Shown here: piece after piece, positions 50,758-61,588 of the stretch
Position numbering within the stretch: position 1 is the first letter of the stretch
Layout of the letters: every line of letters starts with the position of its first letter
From: an uncultured bacterium
GTDB taxonomy: Bacteria; Abyssobacteria; SURF-5
Length of the DNA stretch: 64,000 nt
Assembly: GCA_964607485.1 (NCBI GenBank)
Contig: CAZSKP010000009.1
Span: 1 to 64,000 of the forward strand
Direction: 5' to 3'
Made by a program: the position numbers and the translations under genes
Notes under the pieces: generated by a model
The model's input: only the letters and a program-made list of their open reading frames with translations
The model's database searches: none
Told to the model about the DNA's origin: nothing

Positions 50758-51990
50758 TCAGTCGAAAATTTCCATTGTCTCGAGCTTGTTCTTGAGAATC
50801 TGGAGGAAGCGGGCGGCGGGAGCGCCGTCAACGACGCGGTGGTCGAATGAGAGCGAGAGTTTCATGATAAGAGCGACCTCGATTTTGTCGTCTTTGACGA
50901 CCGGCTTCTTCACAATCGAGCCGACGCCTATTATCGCCGCCTCGGGAAGGTTGACGATGGGGGTGAAACAATCGATGTCGTATGCGCCGAGGTTCGATAC
51001 GGTGATGCTGCTGCCGGTGACATCGTCCACCTGCAAACGGCCCGCACGAGCCTTCTCGATGAGCGCCGCCGAGTCCCGGGCGATGGCCTGCAAATCTTTC
51101 TTGTCGGCGTCCTTTATCGAAACGGTGATGAGTCCGTCGTCGAGGGCGACCGCGAGCCCGATATTGACGTCGGCATGCTTGCGGAGCTTGTCGCCTTCGA
51201 GCGAGACGTTGAGCTTCGGATACTCACGCATTGCCGACGCGGTCGCCTTTACGAGAATCGTGTTGAACGAGAGGTCGGCGCCGGCGTCGCGCTTGAAGGA
51301 TTCCCTGTGCTCTTGCCGGTAGCCGACGGCGCGGGTCATGTCCACCTCGGCGAAATGGACAACGCGCGCGACCGTGCGGGCGCTGCGGGCCATGTTGTCG
51401 CCTATCGAGCGGCGCATCTTGCCCACTGGCACGCTCTCGCCGGGGCGACCCTCGATGACGAAGCCCTTCGGGACGCCTTCGGCCCCGGCCTTCGCCTCTT
51501 CAACGGCGCGGAGCACATCCTCGCGGACAATCCTTCCGTCCGGGCCGGTTCCCTTGATAAGCGACAAATCTATCCCGTGCTCTTTGGCCAGTCTCCTCGC
51601 GGCGGGGGACACCTTGACCTCGGCCTCGGCTCTCTCCTCCTCCGGCTCCGAGGCGGCCTCCTTCAGGGCCTGTTTCTCTTCCCACTGCTCGCGCGTCATA
51701 GCGACGGCCCTCGTCTCGGCAATTATCTCATCGAGGTTCGGTATTTCCTCAGCGGGTTCCGCGATGACGGCGATCGTCTTGCCGCAGGGTATTACCTCGC
51801 CTTCGACGGCGATAATTTTGCGGACCACGCCGGATGCGGGCGACTCGATCAGCGTGGTCACCTTGTCCGACTCGATTTCGAGAAGGTCCTCGCCCTTCTC
51901 GACGCGTTCGCCTTCGTCCTTGTGCCAGAGCACCACGAGCCCCTCTCTCATCACGAGGCCCAGCTTCGGCATCACAACCTTTGTCGCCAT
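50758..51990 (-). CDS. Dihydrolipoamide acyltransferase (E2) of a 2-oxoacid/acetoin dehydrogenase complex
   Basis: MPKLG, lipoyl ESDKV, E3-binding SPAARRLA...GTGPDGRI and DHRVVDG; start MATKVV. Confidence 0.95.
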   Translation of the reverse strand: MATKVVMPKLGLVMREGLVVLWHKDEGERVEKGEDLLEIESDKVTTLIESPASGVVRKIIAVEGEVIPCGKTIAVIAEPAEEIPNLDEIIAETRAVAMTREQWEEKQALKEAASEPEEERAEAEVKVSPAARRLAKEHGIDLSLIKGTGPDGRIVREDVLRAVEEAKAGAEGVPKGFVIEGRPGESVPVGKMRRSIGDNMARSARTVARVVHFAEVDMTRAVGYRQEHRESFKRDAGADLSFNTILVKATASAMREYPKLNVSLEGDKLRKHADVNIGLAVALDDGLITVSIKDADKKDLQAIARDSAALIEKARAGRLQVDDVTGSSITVSNLGAYDIDCFTPIVNLPEAAIIGVGSIVKKPVVKDDKIEVALIMKLSLSFDHRVVDGAPAARFLQILKNKLETMEIFD

Positions 51991-51992
51991 TC

Positions 51993-53960
51993 CTATTCTC
52001 CCATCAGGCTGCGGACGGCCTGCTCGAGCCTGTCCTCGTCGGGGATGACCGTTTGTTCGAGCGATGGCGCGAACGGAACCGGCGTATCCAGCGCAGCGAC
52101 CCTCTCGATGGGCGCGTCGAGATAGTCGAACGCCTCCTTTGCCGCGATGGCGGCCACCTCGGCGCCGAACCCGCCCGTGAGGCATCCCTCTTCGGCTATG
52201 ATCAGCCGGCCCGTCTTCTTGACCGAATCGATGATTGTTTTCTTGTCGAGCGGCGCGAGGGTGCGCGGGTCTATCACCTCGATGGAAATTCCGTCGCGCT
52301 GCAACCGTTCGGCGACGCCCAGCGCCTTCGCCACCATTGCCGAGACGGCGACAACGGTCACGTCTTTGCCGGCGCGCTTGATGTCGGCCTTGCCGAACGG
52401 AATCGTGTATTCGCCCGTGGGAACCTCGCCGGAGTTGAAGTACATCGCCTTGTTCTCGAAGAACAGCACCGGATTGTCCGACCGGATGGCCGTCGTGAGC
52501 AGGCCCTTCGCGTCGCGCGGCGTCGAAGGAACGGCGATTACCAAGCCCGGCACGTGCATCAGCAACGCCTCGAGGCTCTGCGAATGCTGGGCGGCGGCGG
52601 AGAAACCCGCGCCCATGTTGGTGCGTATGACGAGCGGCATCTTCACCTGGCCGCCGGTCATGAAGCGGAGCTTTGCGGCCTGATTGATGATGGGGTCCAT
52701 GCAGCACGTGAGAAAATCGGAAAACTCTATTTCCGCCACAGGCCTGAGGCCGGTCATCGCCGCGCCCACGGCGGCACCGGCTATTATATTTTCGCTGATG
52801 GGCGTATCGAGCACGCGTTCCTCGCCGAACTCCTCGACGAGACCGGCGGTGACGCCGAAGACGCCGATGGTCACATCTTCTCCGAGCACTACCACGCTCG
52901 GGTCGCGACTCATCTCGTCGCGCAGCGTCTGCTGAACGGCCAGTGCGAGCGGGATGTCCTCCTTCTCGTTCGACGCCGCCGCACTCTGCGAGACCGTTTC
53001 AGTGGAATAGACGTTCTGCGTCACGGTTGCGGGGTCGGGGTCGGGACTCTCATCGGCGAACTTGACTGCGTCCCTGACCGCGCCATCGACGGATTCGTCA
53101 ATGGCGTCCAGTTCCCCTTCCTTCGCGACGCCTTCAGCGACGAGCTTGGCGCGGAAATTGGCGATCGGGCATTTCTCTTTCCACTCCTCGACCTCCTCGT
53201 CGCTCCTGTACGAATACACGTCGCCCTCGTAGTGGCCCATCCACCGATAGGTCTTGCACTCGATGAGCGTGGGCCCCTTGCCCGAGCGCGCCCTCTCGAC
53301 GGCCTGCTCAGTCGCCGCCTTGACGGCCATGACATCGTTGCCGTCAACTATGACGCCGGGGATTCCGTACGCCGCGGCCTTGTCGGCGATGTCGGCAACC
53401 TTTGAATGTTTCGCGTACGGCGTGAACTGACCGTACAGATTATTCTCGCAGACGAAGACGACCGGCAGGTTCCACACGGAGGCGAGGTTGACGCTCTCAT
53501 GAAACATCCCCTCTGTGGTCGCGTCGTCTCCGAAGAAGCAGGCGACAACCTGCTTGCTCTTTCGCACCTTAACGCTCAGGCCGGCTCCGGCGGCGATCTG
53601 GGTCCCCGCGCCGACGATTCCGTTTGCGCCGAGAATGCCCAGGCCGACATCGACGATGTGCATCGAGCCGCCCCTGCCGTGGCAGTAGCCCGTTTCTTTT
53701 CCGTAAAGCTCGGCCATCATCTTGTTCAGGTCGCCGCCCTTGGCGATCAGGTGGCCGTGGCCTCGGTGGGTGCTCGTTATGTAGTCGTCGTCGTTCAGGC
53801 CGGCGCAGACCCCCACCGCGACCGCCTCCTGCCCCGTGTACAGATGCACGAAGCCGGGAATGCAGCCGTTGGCAAACTGGACAGAAACCTCCTCCTCGAA
53901 CTTGCGGAGTTCCTGCATCGATTTGTACAGTCTCAGAAGTTGCTCTTTCGATGAAGTCAT
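51993..53960 (-). CDS. Fused E1 alpha+beta TPP-dependent dehydrogenase (acetoin/pyruvate dehydrogenase-like)
   Basis: Alpha: GFVHLYTGQEA, HRGHGH, GRGGSMH, GDDA...CENN. Beta: DTPISE, QHSQ, IDPRTLAPLD. One ORF, start MTSSKE. Confidence 0.93.
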   Translation of the reverse strand: MTSSKEQLLRLYKSMQELRKFEEEVSVQFANGCIPGFVHLYTGQEAVAVGVCAGLNDDDYITSTHRGHGHLIAKGGDLNKMMAELYGKETGYCHGRGGSMHIVDVGLGILGANGIVGAGTQIAAGAGLSVKVRKSKQVVACFFGDDATTEGMFHESVNLASVWNLPVVFVCENNLYGQFTPYAKHSKVADIADKAAAYGIPGVIVDGNDVMAVKAATEQAVERARSGKGPTLIECKTYRWMGHYEGDVYSYRSDEEVEEWKEKCPIANFRAKLVAEGVAKEGELDAIDESVDGAVRDAVKFADESPDPDPATVTQNVYSTETVSQSAAASNEKEDIPLALAVQQTLRDEMSRDPSVVVLGEDVTIGVFGVTAGLVEEFGEERVLDTPISENIIAGAAVGAAMTGLRPVAEIEFSDFLTCCMDPIINQAAKLRFMTGGQVKMPLVIRTNMGAGFSAAAQHSQSLEALLMHVPGLVIAVPSTPRDAKGLLTTAIRSDNPVLFFENKAMYFNSGEVPTGEYTIPFGKADIKRAGKDVTVVAVSAMVAKALGVAERLQRDGISIEVIDPRTLAPLDKKTIIDSVKKTGRLIIAEEGCLTGGFGAEVAAIAAKEAFDYLDAPIERVAALDTPVPFAPSLEQTVIPDEDRLEQAVRSLMGE

Positions 53961-54050
53961 GTAGCACGTGCCTCCGTAATCGTTACTCACGCGGGAGAGT
54001 GTGTTTGTCCTCACAACGCGAGAGGCTGCGCCCACGCAGTTGTCCCGGAC

Positions 54051-54740
54051 TCACCATTGCGAGGAATATTCCTCGGGCAGTTGTTCTCTCAAGGCAGTCA
54101 TACCTGCTTTGACAATGCCGGTCATCTCGGAGACTCTCCTTCCCACACTCTCGGCGCACATGAGTCCTTCCTGGTCCTCAAGCACCTTGTCTTTGGCGAA
54201 CGGGTCAAGCCCTCCGCCCGTATATGCAGCAGCGCCGATGTAGCTTCCCATCAACGTATCGCCCGATACAACGACGCCGTTCAGCATCAGACAACTGGCC
54301 AGCAGAAACGTCAAGACATTGTCCTGCCCGCCATACCGGTGGCCGCCGTTCGTGACAACCCCGCATACCTTGCTGAACCTGGGCATCATCTGCCCCTTGT
54401 GCAGATAGTGACAGAGGGTCAGGTTGCCCAGCCTATCGAGCAGCGCCTTCATCGAGGCCGGCACCGACATATGATAGACGGGCGCGCCCCAGATGACGCC
54501 GTCAGTGTCCAGGTATATCTTGATAAAATCCTGCAGATCGTCCTCGAAGACACATTCACCTTTTTCGAGGCACTTGTAGCAACTGATGCAGTGATGCACC
54601 TTCTTGCCGGCGAGCTGATAGAGGGTCGTTTCGACGCCGGGCAGGCTGTTGGCTCCCTCAAGGGCTTTCGCCACAAGTTTGGCGGTGTTGCCGTCCTTGC
54701 GCGGGCTTCCCGAAACCCCGAGGATTCTCAGGCTCTCCAT
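54051..54740 (-). CDS. Iron-sulfur flavoprotein (Isf) / flavodoxin-fold protein
   Basis: GSPRKDGNT, CISCYKC.....C and PVY; start MESLRIL. Confidence 0.9.
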   Translation of the reverse strand: MESLRILGVSGSPRKDGNTAKLVAKALEGANSLPGVETTLYQLAGKKVHHCISCYKCLEKGECVFEDDLQDFIKIYLDTDGVIWGAPVYHMSVPASMKALLDRLGNLTLCHYLHKGQMMPRFSKVCGVVTNGGHRYGGQDNVLTFLLASCLMLNGVVVSGDTLMGSYIGAAAYTGGGLDPFAKDKVLEDQEGLMCAESVGRRVSEMTGIVKAGMTALREQLPEEYSSQW

Positions 54741-54774
54741 GTTCAGCCTCCTGCCGCCAGGGGCGAGCGATGGC

Positions 54775-56028
54775 CTAACAGTGCGTTGTCTCAATGAGAT
54801 GGTGGGGAAGCCCCATCACGGTGCTGCAACCGTCTTCGGTGATGATGAGGAGATTCTCATACTGGAATGCTCCTTCGCCGCCGAACTTCCGTAACCCGAC
54901 CGCCCCGAGCGATTCGACCTCGAACGTCATTCCCGCCTCCAGAATCGTTTCGTCGCTCGCTCCCAGTACCGGGGGTTCCTGCAAATCCAGACCGATACCG
55001 TGGCCGTACATCTCAAACCCCATGAGCCCGCCTTCGACATTCACGTTGTTGACAGCTTCCCAAACGTCCCTCGCCTTAATTCCCGGCCTCGCCACTCTGG
55101 CTGCCGCCTCAAACCCTTCCCCTATCGTGTCCCAGCACTTTCTCCAATTCTCGGTGGCGGGACCGACGTTGATCATTCTGCCCATATCGGCCCAATATCC
55201 TTTGTATCGTAAGCCGATATCGATTGAGAGGTAGTCGCCCCGGTTAATGGTGCATCCCTCGAAGTGATGCCCGGTATCCCACATTCCCTCGCGCTCCGAA
55301 CCGCACATGATGTGCCCGCTTTGGACCCAATCCGCTCCGTTCTCATACGCAGCGCAAATGAACAGCTTTCCGACGTCTTGCTCCGTCATTCCCGGCCGGT
55401 ATTTCTCGACAACCGTCGCCATCGCTTGTCTGTGGATGCAGGCCGACTTCGTCAGCCTGTCTATCTCAAGCGGTGATTTGACCATCCTGCATCCCCAGAT
55501 CACTCTGTCGCCGTCCACGAAGCGTGCCTCGGGCAACTCGCTCATCAGCGTGCGGATGTCGTTCAGAGGCCTCGGTATCCATGTATGGCCGAGTTCGCCC
55601 ATCTCCAGAGCGATATTCGCCTTTGCGAAACCCATCTGCTTTACGGTTGCGGCCACCTCGCTGGGGAATTCTCGCTCCGATCGAACCTGGTGAACGTCCA
55701 GTTGCGTCCTGATGTCGCGGATCCAGCTCTGGCCTTCGACCGTCCATCTGAAGAATTCGCCCGTTATGACTACCGGCTCTCCGTCGACGGGGATGAGGAC
55801 CACCAAGGTTTGGATGCTTGGCAGGTGCCAGTGTGTCGACGTGAACGACGCAAAGTAACGACAGTTCTGCCTGCTCCAGAGCATGAGCAGGTCGATGTTC
55901 TCCATCCGCATCAGCTTCTTTGCCTTCTCGATTCGGGCCCGCCACTCTGCATAAGGGACATCCGGAAACTTCGGGTCGGGACCGTAAAGCTCGTACCCTT
56001 GCGGCTCAGGAGGCATCTTCAGCGCCAT
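54775..56028 (-). CDS. M24 (Xaa-Pro peptidase/creatinase-fold) hydrolase
   Basis: RMVKSPLEI, D...GYWADMGR, GHGIGL, FEVE and YENLLIITEDG. Confidence 0.88.
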   Translation of the reverse strand: MALKMPPEPQGYELYGPDPKFPDVPYAEWRARIEKAKKLMRMENIDLLMLWSRQNCRYFASFTSTHWHLPSIQTLVVLIPVDGEPVVITGEFFRWTVEGQSWIRDIRTQLDVHQVRSEREFPSEVAATVKQMGFAKANIALEMGELGHTWIPRPLNDIRTLMSELPEARFVDGDRVIWGCRMVKSPLEIDRLTKSACIHRQAMATVVEKYRPGMTEQDVGKLFICAAYENGADWVQSGHIMCGSEREGMWDTGHHFEGCTINRGDYLSIDIGLRYKGYWADMGRMINVGPATENWRKCWDTIGEGFEAAARVARPGIKARDVWEAVNNVNVEGGLMGFEMYGHGIGLDLQEPPVLGASDETILEAGMTFEVESLGAVGLRKFGGEGAFQYENLLIITEDGCSTVMGLPHHLIETTHC

Positions 56029-56061
56029 GAGCAACCTCCTCCGGTGCTTCTTGCAAAGCCA

Positions 56062-57000
56062 TCAGTCGTAGTTAACCGGTGTCGAATACTCGGGTCTCTC
56101 GTGCGCTTTCCAGAAGGCTTCGTGCAACTTCATCGTGATCGGGCCGGGTTTGCCGCCGCTGACGGGAACATCATCAAGCGATTTTACGGGCATGATGCCG
56201 CCCGCCGTGGTGCACATGAACAGTTCATCGGCTGCGCGCACTGTTTCTACGGGAATCTTGCACGCCTTTGCCTCTATATTCATCTCTTTGGCAAGATCAA
56301 ACACTGTAAGGCGTGTTACACCCATCAGACAGTTCGACTCTGGGGTGAGAAGCTTCCCGTCCTTGATCACGAACACATTGAATCCCGGACCTTCGGCCAG
56401 ATTGCCATCGATGTTGAGAAGAAGTGCCGTTTTCGCGCCCTTTGCATGCGCTTCCTTGTCGGCGCGCGTCAGGTCGCCCCAATGGTGGTTCTTAATCTTC
56501 TGATCAACGCACCTATCGGGGATTCGGGGAACCGAACTTATGATGACGTCGGTCCCGATCTTCTGTTCTTCAGGGTCGATAAGCCAGATGAATTCCACGC
56601 AGAACGCATAGAATTGTTGCTGGTATCTGTCCATATCGCGCGGATCATCCATATCCGGCAGCCCGCGTGTGGCGCACAAAAAGACATAGGCATCTCTGAG
56701 CCCCGAGCGGGCGACCATGTCTATCAGTATCTGCCTCATTTCCTCTTTTGTGTAGGGCATCTTGAAGCCGAGCCCGTTGTAGCTCTTCTCAAAACGGTCC
56801 ATGTGGTCGTTGAGCCTGAAGAAGGAACCCTTCCACACGCTCACGACGTCATAGCAGACGTCGCTGTGAAGGAATCCCATATCGATTATGGGAATGCGCG
56901 CCTCGAATATGGGACAAATCTCGCCGCCGACGAAAGCGGCGCCCAGGGAATAAAGCTCGGCGTCCTGATTCTCTTTTGTGTCGACTTGCTTCGTACTCAT
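56062..57000 (-). CDS. Fold-type IV PLP aminotransferase, (R)-selective amine transaminase-like
   Basis: EARIPIIDMGFLHSDVCYDVVSVWKGSFFRL.DH, PLP-Lys in KNHHWGDL, EGPGFN, GVTR and TTAGG. Confidence 0.9.
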   Translation of the reverse strand: MSTKQVDTKENQDAELYSLGAAFVGGEICPIFEARIPIIDMGFLHSDVCYDVVSVWKGSFFRLNDHMDRFEKSYNGLGFKMPYTKEEMRQILIDMVARSGLRDAYVFLCATRGLPDMDDPRDMDRYQQQFYAFCVEFIWLIDPEEQKIGTDVIISSVPRIPDRCVDQKIKNHHWGDLTRADKEAHAKGAKTALLLNIDGNLAEGPGFNVFVIKDGKLLTPESNCLMGVTRLTVFDLAKEMNIEAKACKIPVETVRAADELFMCTTAGGIMPVKSLDDVPVSGGKPGPITMKLHEAFWKAHERPEYSTPVNYD

Positions 57001-57165
57001 GTTTTCCTCCTTTGAGCATGGCCGACGGCGCCGCCCGCGGTGGCGGCCCATGCGGGTACCGCTCCTATTTGCCTCCGGGATCGAGCAGGACTGCTGTTGG
57101 CAGGACGATACTCGTTTCAATCGACGGCTCGCCGGCGCTCGCGCGTTGCCGAGCATCCGGCCCGA

Positions 57166-57330
57166 TCAGAAGGCTCCCTGCTCTCTTGGTTCGGCGATGA
57201 CCTGCAGCATGCTGTCGGGGTCAAGGTTGTACCGATTGTACAGGGCTTCGGGATAGCCTATTTCCGAGTACTCGTCCCGTACTCCCAGCGCATCCCGTTC
57301 GAGCTCGCGATTTGTGCCAACCGCTAACAC
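57166..57330 (-). pseudogene. Relic of a transketolase/DXS-type C-terminal domain (54 aa)
   Basis: LGVRDEYSEIGYPEALYNRYNLDPDSMLQVI aligns by eye with the window's own tkt C-terminus VGIEDRFGQSGEPKELMAAYGLTAENVAEAA. Confidence 0.55.
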
Positions 57331-57343
57331 TCCCCGAAAAAGA

Positions 57344-57772
57344 TCAGTCTATTATCATGTTCTCGTAGCCCAGATCCTTCAGGACGCCCTTATAAATCCC
57401 GAAGGTGGGCCGAATCGCCGTCACCAGCCCGAGCGCCTTCTGCACAGCCCCTGACGCCTTGATCTTGCGCGTGGCGATGGCAGTGACCGCGTTTTCTTTC
57501 CCCTGCCAGTAGCGATGGCTGAAGTCGGCCGATTGGGTCATCGTGACATCGGCCTGGGTTCCGCTGTCGCCCATCTCGTATGAGCCATACATTCCCTCCG
57601 GCGGCGGGTCGGCAAAGTTCAGCAGGATGCTTGCGTCGGGGTCGCTGTAATTGAATCGGATCTTGATCTTGGATTTTGCAAGCTTGGGCGCGACCGCCTC
57701 ATCGGAGAGCACGCGTTTCATGAATTCTTCATAAATCTTGTAGAATTCCTCGGTGTCTTTGAAATATCCCAT
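57344..57772 (-). CDS. SCP2 sterol-carrier-like domain protein
   Basis: MGYFKD..., ADVTMTQSADFSHRYWQGKENAVTAIATRKIKASG. Confidence 0.8.
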   Translation of the reverse strand: MGYFKDTEEFYKIYEEFMKRVLSDEAVAPKLAKSKIKIRFNYSDPDASILLNFADPPPEGMYGSYEMGDSGTQADVTMTQSADFSHRYWQGKENAVTAIATRKIKASGAVQKALGLVTAIRPTFGIYKGVLKDLGYENMIID

Positions 57773-57932
57773 ACCACGCTCCTTCTTCATTCGTCCGGAA
57801 TCCCGCGGAAATATGCCAAGCGGTATCCATCGTACAGCCCCGATTCTATACCGCAGCCCCTCCGACAATCAAGCAGGCGTTTCGAGTCCACCCACACATG
57901 GCCGTGTCGGCTTCCGGGCGAACTACGGGACA

Positions 57933-59029
<1,097 letters not shown>

Positions 59030-59033
<4 letters not shown>

Positions 59034-59776
59034 TGCCTCCTCCCCTCGGATTGCTCCGGCCGGCTGCCTGGTCTTCCGCGACTTATTGGTTTCGACTCCC
59101 ACTTCGGGACAGGCTGTCTCCGATGCGCGGGCGCGATTATGCCGGCTTCAACGACATTCAAAATTTCACGCAGACTCTCCTCCAGAACGTCTCCACTGCT
59201 CGAAATATCCACATTTGCGAAAACGCGGAAGCGCTCCTGCTGATATCGACAGGCAAGTGTCGCAATGAAGATCGCATACACGCTGTCGATCACGTAGGCG
59301 GCGTGTTCGACCGGAAGGTCAGCTCGAATCTCGCCGGACCTTATCCCCTCGGTCAGGACGCGGACAAAGAATTCGGCCGACCTTTTCTCCAGCAACTGCG
59401 CCAGCTCGGCAAGGTGTTTTCCGTCACCGGAGGTGCTGAGGTCGAAATACATCTTGAACATGTTTCGGTAACGCGGAAACACCCGTATGCTTTCCTCGAA
59501 GACTTTCTCGATCTTCGCAATCGGGTCGAGATGCATCCGCTCGATAAGGTCGAAGATTCGGTCCTGTATCCGGACCGCCTCCTTGAAGGTGGAATAGTAG
59601 AGGTCGCGCTTGTCGGCGAAGTAGAGGTAAACGGAACCCTTTCCGATGCCCGCGCGTTGTGCGATCGAGTTGACGTTAGCCTTGTGATAGCCGTGACGCG
59701 CGAATTCGGCGGCGGCATTGCGGAAGATGCGCTCCCTCTTCCTTCCATCCAGCCTGTTGAGCGCTTCCTTTGTCAT
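59030..59776 (-). CDS. TetR/AcrR family transcriptional regulator
   Basis: EFARHGY, IAQRAGIGKGSVYLYF.DK; stop overlaps the ald start. Confidence 0.92.
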
Positions 59777-59809
59777 GCAGGAATCCTCTTTGATGAGAAC
59801 CCGGTGGAC

Positions 59810-59864
59810 TGACTGGGCGGTCACCCAGTCACTTTGTATATCATATCCCCCGAAAACCTGTCAA
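59810..59864 (-). promoter_or_regulatory. TetR promoter and candidate operator
   Basis: TTGACA-18-TATACA (59864-59835) followed by the perfect inverted repeat TGACTGGG-N6-CCCAGTCA (59810-59831). Confidence 0.65.
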
Positions 59865-60019
59865 GCATTTTTTTCCAAGACAGGCTGCGCCCTCATGCCC
59901 CGCAGGAGAGACGCCCGAACATCGCCCGCATATTGACAATCCGCCGGCCCAGCGACAGAATTAGAAAAAGAGAACGTGGCAAAACACCTTCGGGCACAGG
60001 GAAGGAAGGAGGAATACGA

Positions 60020-60427
60020 GTGGGAAAACTGACGGAGGATATCAAGCATTTCCTTGAAGAAGGCCGGCTGGCGTATGTGGCCACGAGCAGCAGCGATGGC
60101 GTGCCCAACGTCGTGCCGAAAGGGTCGCTGGGCGTGCTCGACGACGACCACCTCGTGTTCGCCGACCTCTATTCTCAGAAGACGCGGAAGAACATCGAGG
60201 CGAACCCGCATGTGGCCGTCGCGGTCGTGAACCCGCCCGCATACCAAGGATACCAGTTCAAGGGAAAGGCGGAGATTCTGGATTCGGGGCCCGCATTCGA
60301 GCGGGCGACCGAAATCGTCGATTCGATAAAGATGGACCCGTCGAAGGTCAAGTATGCGGTGGTGATAACGATAGAAGAGATATACGACCTCGCTCCGGGA
60401 CCGAAATCGGGTAAAAGAGTCGCGTGA
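60020..60427 (+). CDS. Pyridoxamine 5'-phosphate oxidase-like (split-barrel flavin-binding) protein
   Basis: GTG after AGGAGG; VATSSSDGVPNVVPKG, KTRKNIEANP, GYQFKGKA and IYDLAPGP..G. Confidence 0.88.
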   Translation: MGKLTEDIKHFLEEGRLAYVATSSSDGVPNVVPKGSLGVLDDDHLVFADLYSQKTRKNIEANPHVAVAVVNPPAYQGYQFKGKAEILDSGPAFERATEIVDSIKMDPSKVKYAVVITIEEIYDLAPGPKSGKRVA

Positions 60428-60488
60428 TGCAAGGCGCGTCGAGCAAAAGACCGGTTGTCCCTTGAACCGGATTGATAAGGAGGCCACC

Positions 60489-60920
60489 ATGAACCAGAGA
60501 GAAGCGAAGAAAAGGGCTCGCAAAATAGTGAATGCCGCCGAGGTGTTTGTGCTGTCAACCGTTGACGGCCGCAACCGTCCGCAGAGCCGCTTCATGGGCG
60601 CAAAGCTGGTTGACAAGGGCATGACCATATACATGGAAACCTATGCCCGCTCGAGGAAGGTGAGACAGATAAAGAAGAATCCGCGCGTCCAATTGCTGTT
60701 CGCGACGAAGAATTATTCAGAAGTTGTCACGCTTTCGGGAAAGGCGTCGATGGATAAATCGGTGGACGTCAGAAAGCGCATCTGGAAGGAGAATCCGGCT
60801 TCGGCAGAATATTTCTCCGGGTATGACGACCCCGCCCTCGGCTTGATCAAATTCAAGCCGGAACGGCTGGAATATTACGGGCCGTCCACCGGATTGGACA
60901 TCATTGAGATAAAGCTGTAA
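60489..60920 (+). CDS. Pyridoxamine 5'-phosphate oxidase-like / general stress protein 26 family
   Basis: ATG after AAGGAGG; LSTVD, PQSRFM, SRKVRQIKKNPRV and YFSGYDDP. Confidence 0.85.
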   Translation: MNQREAKKRARKIVNAAEVFVLSTVDGRNRPQSRFMGAKLVDKGMTIYMETYARSRKVRQIKKNPRVQLLFATKNYSEVVTLSGKASMDKSVDVRKRIWKENPASAEYFSGYDDPALGLIKFKPERLEYYGPSTGLDIIEIKL

Positions 60921-60935
60921 GGCGGGGAGCCTGGC

Positions 60936-61385
60936 TCAACTGATATGCTTCTCCACCAGTTCCTGCAGTTCACGCTTCGGTAGCGCGCCGACCGCCTGTT
61001 CGGCGGGCCGTCCGTCTCGAAACACGATGAGCGTGGGCGTCGCCGTGATTCGGTACGTTCTCGCGCTCTCGGGACTGCTTTCGACATCCAGCTTGCCCAC
61101 CTTTAGCCTGCCCTTATACCGCGAGGCGACGGCCTCAAGCGTCGGTTCCAGGGATCTGCATGCGCCGCACCACGTGGCGAAGAAATCCACGAGCACCGGA
61201 ACATCAGCGCCCAGCACCTCGTCGGCAAACGTGCCGTCGCTCACGCTGAGCGGCCTGTCGGAGGTAGACCCGCGCGGCTCCAGCGTAGCCGAACATTTCC
61301 CGCAGACCGGCTGTTCCCGCTTCTCGCCGTCGAACCGATTGACCGAGCCGCATTGGCGGCATTTGACATAGAGGATTTCGCTCAT
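60936..61385 (-). CDS. trxC: Thioredoxin 2 with N-terminal Zn finger
   Basis: CRQCGSVNR...CGKC, PVLVDFFATWCGAC, ATPTL and GALP. Confidence 0.88.
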   Translation of the reverse strand: MSEILYVKCRQCGSVNRFDGEKREQPVCGKCSATLEPRGSTSDRPLSVSDGTFADEVLGADVPVLVDFFATWCGACRSLEPTLEAVASRYKGRLKVGKLDVESSPESARTYRITATPTLIVFRDGRPAEQAVGALPKRELQELVEKHIS

Positions 61386-61588
61386 TTTTCACGGGGCACA
61401 TACGTGAGCACGCGAATGATTCCCATCGTCGAGCCGTCCACATTGGCCGTCGTCGCGTCGGACACCGAAATGACCTTTTTCACGTCGTTCTCGGCGATGA
61501 AATCGTTAACCTGTTTGTCCAGGCCGTCGAGCTCCTGAGTAATGTGGAATATCTTGAACTGCGACCCGAACGTCTTCACCTTTACCAT
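61382..61588 (-). CDS. Small conserved-looking hypothetical protein (68 aa)
   Basis: GGAGG RBS; MVKVKTFGSQFKIFHITQELDGLDKQVNDFIAENDVKKVISVSD...; stop overlaps the trxC start. Confidence 0.75.
   Translation of the reverse strand: MVKVKTFGSQFKIFHITQELDGLDKQVNDFIAENDVKKVISVSDATTANVDGSTMGIIRVLTYVPREK

Noticed and set aside
50758-52707. 649-aa ORF suggesting an extended E2
   Set aside because: The first approximately 240 aa overlap the E1 gene out of frame; the true E2 starts at MATKVV (51990).
57300-57325. sigma54 promoter (TGGCAC) upstream of the transaminase
   Set aside because: GG-to-GC spacing is wrong (no TTGC at -12).
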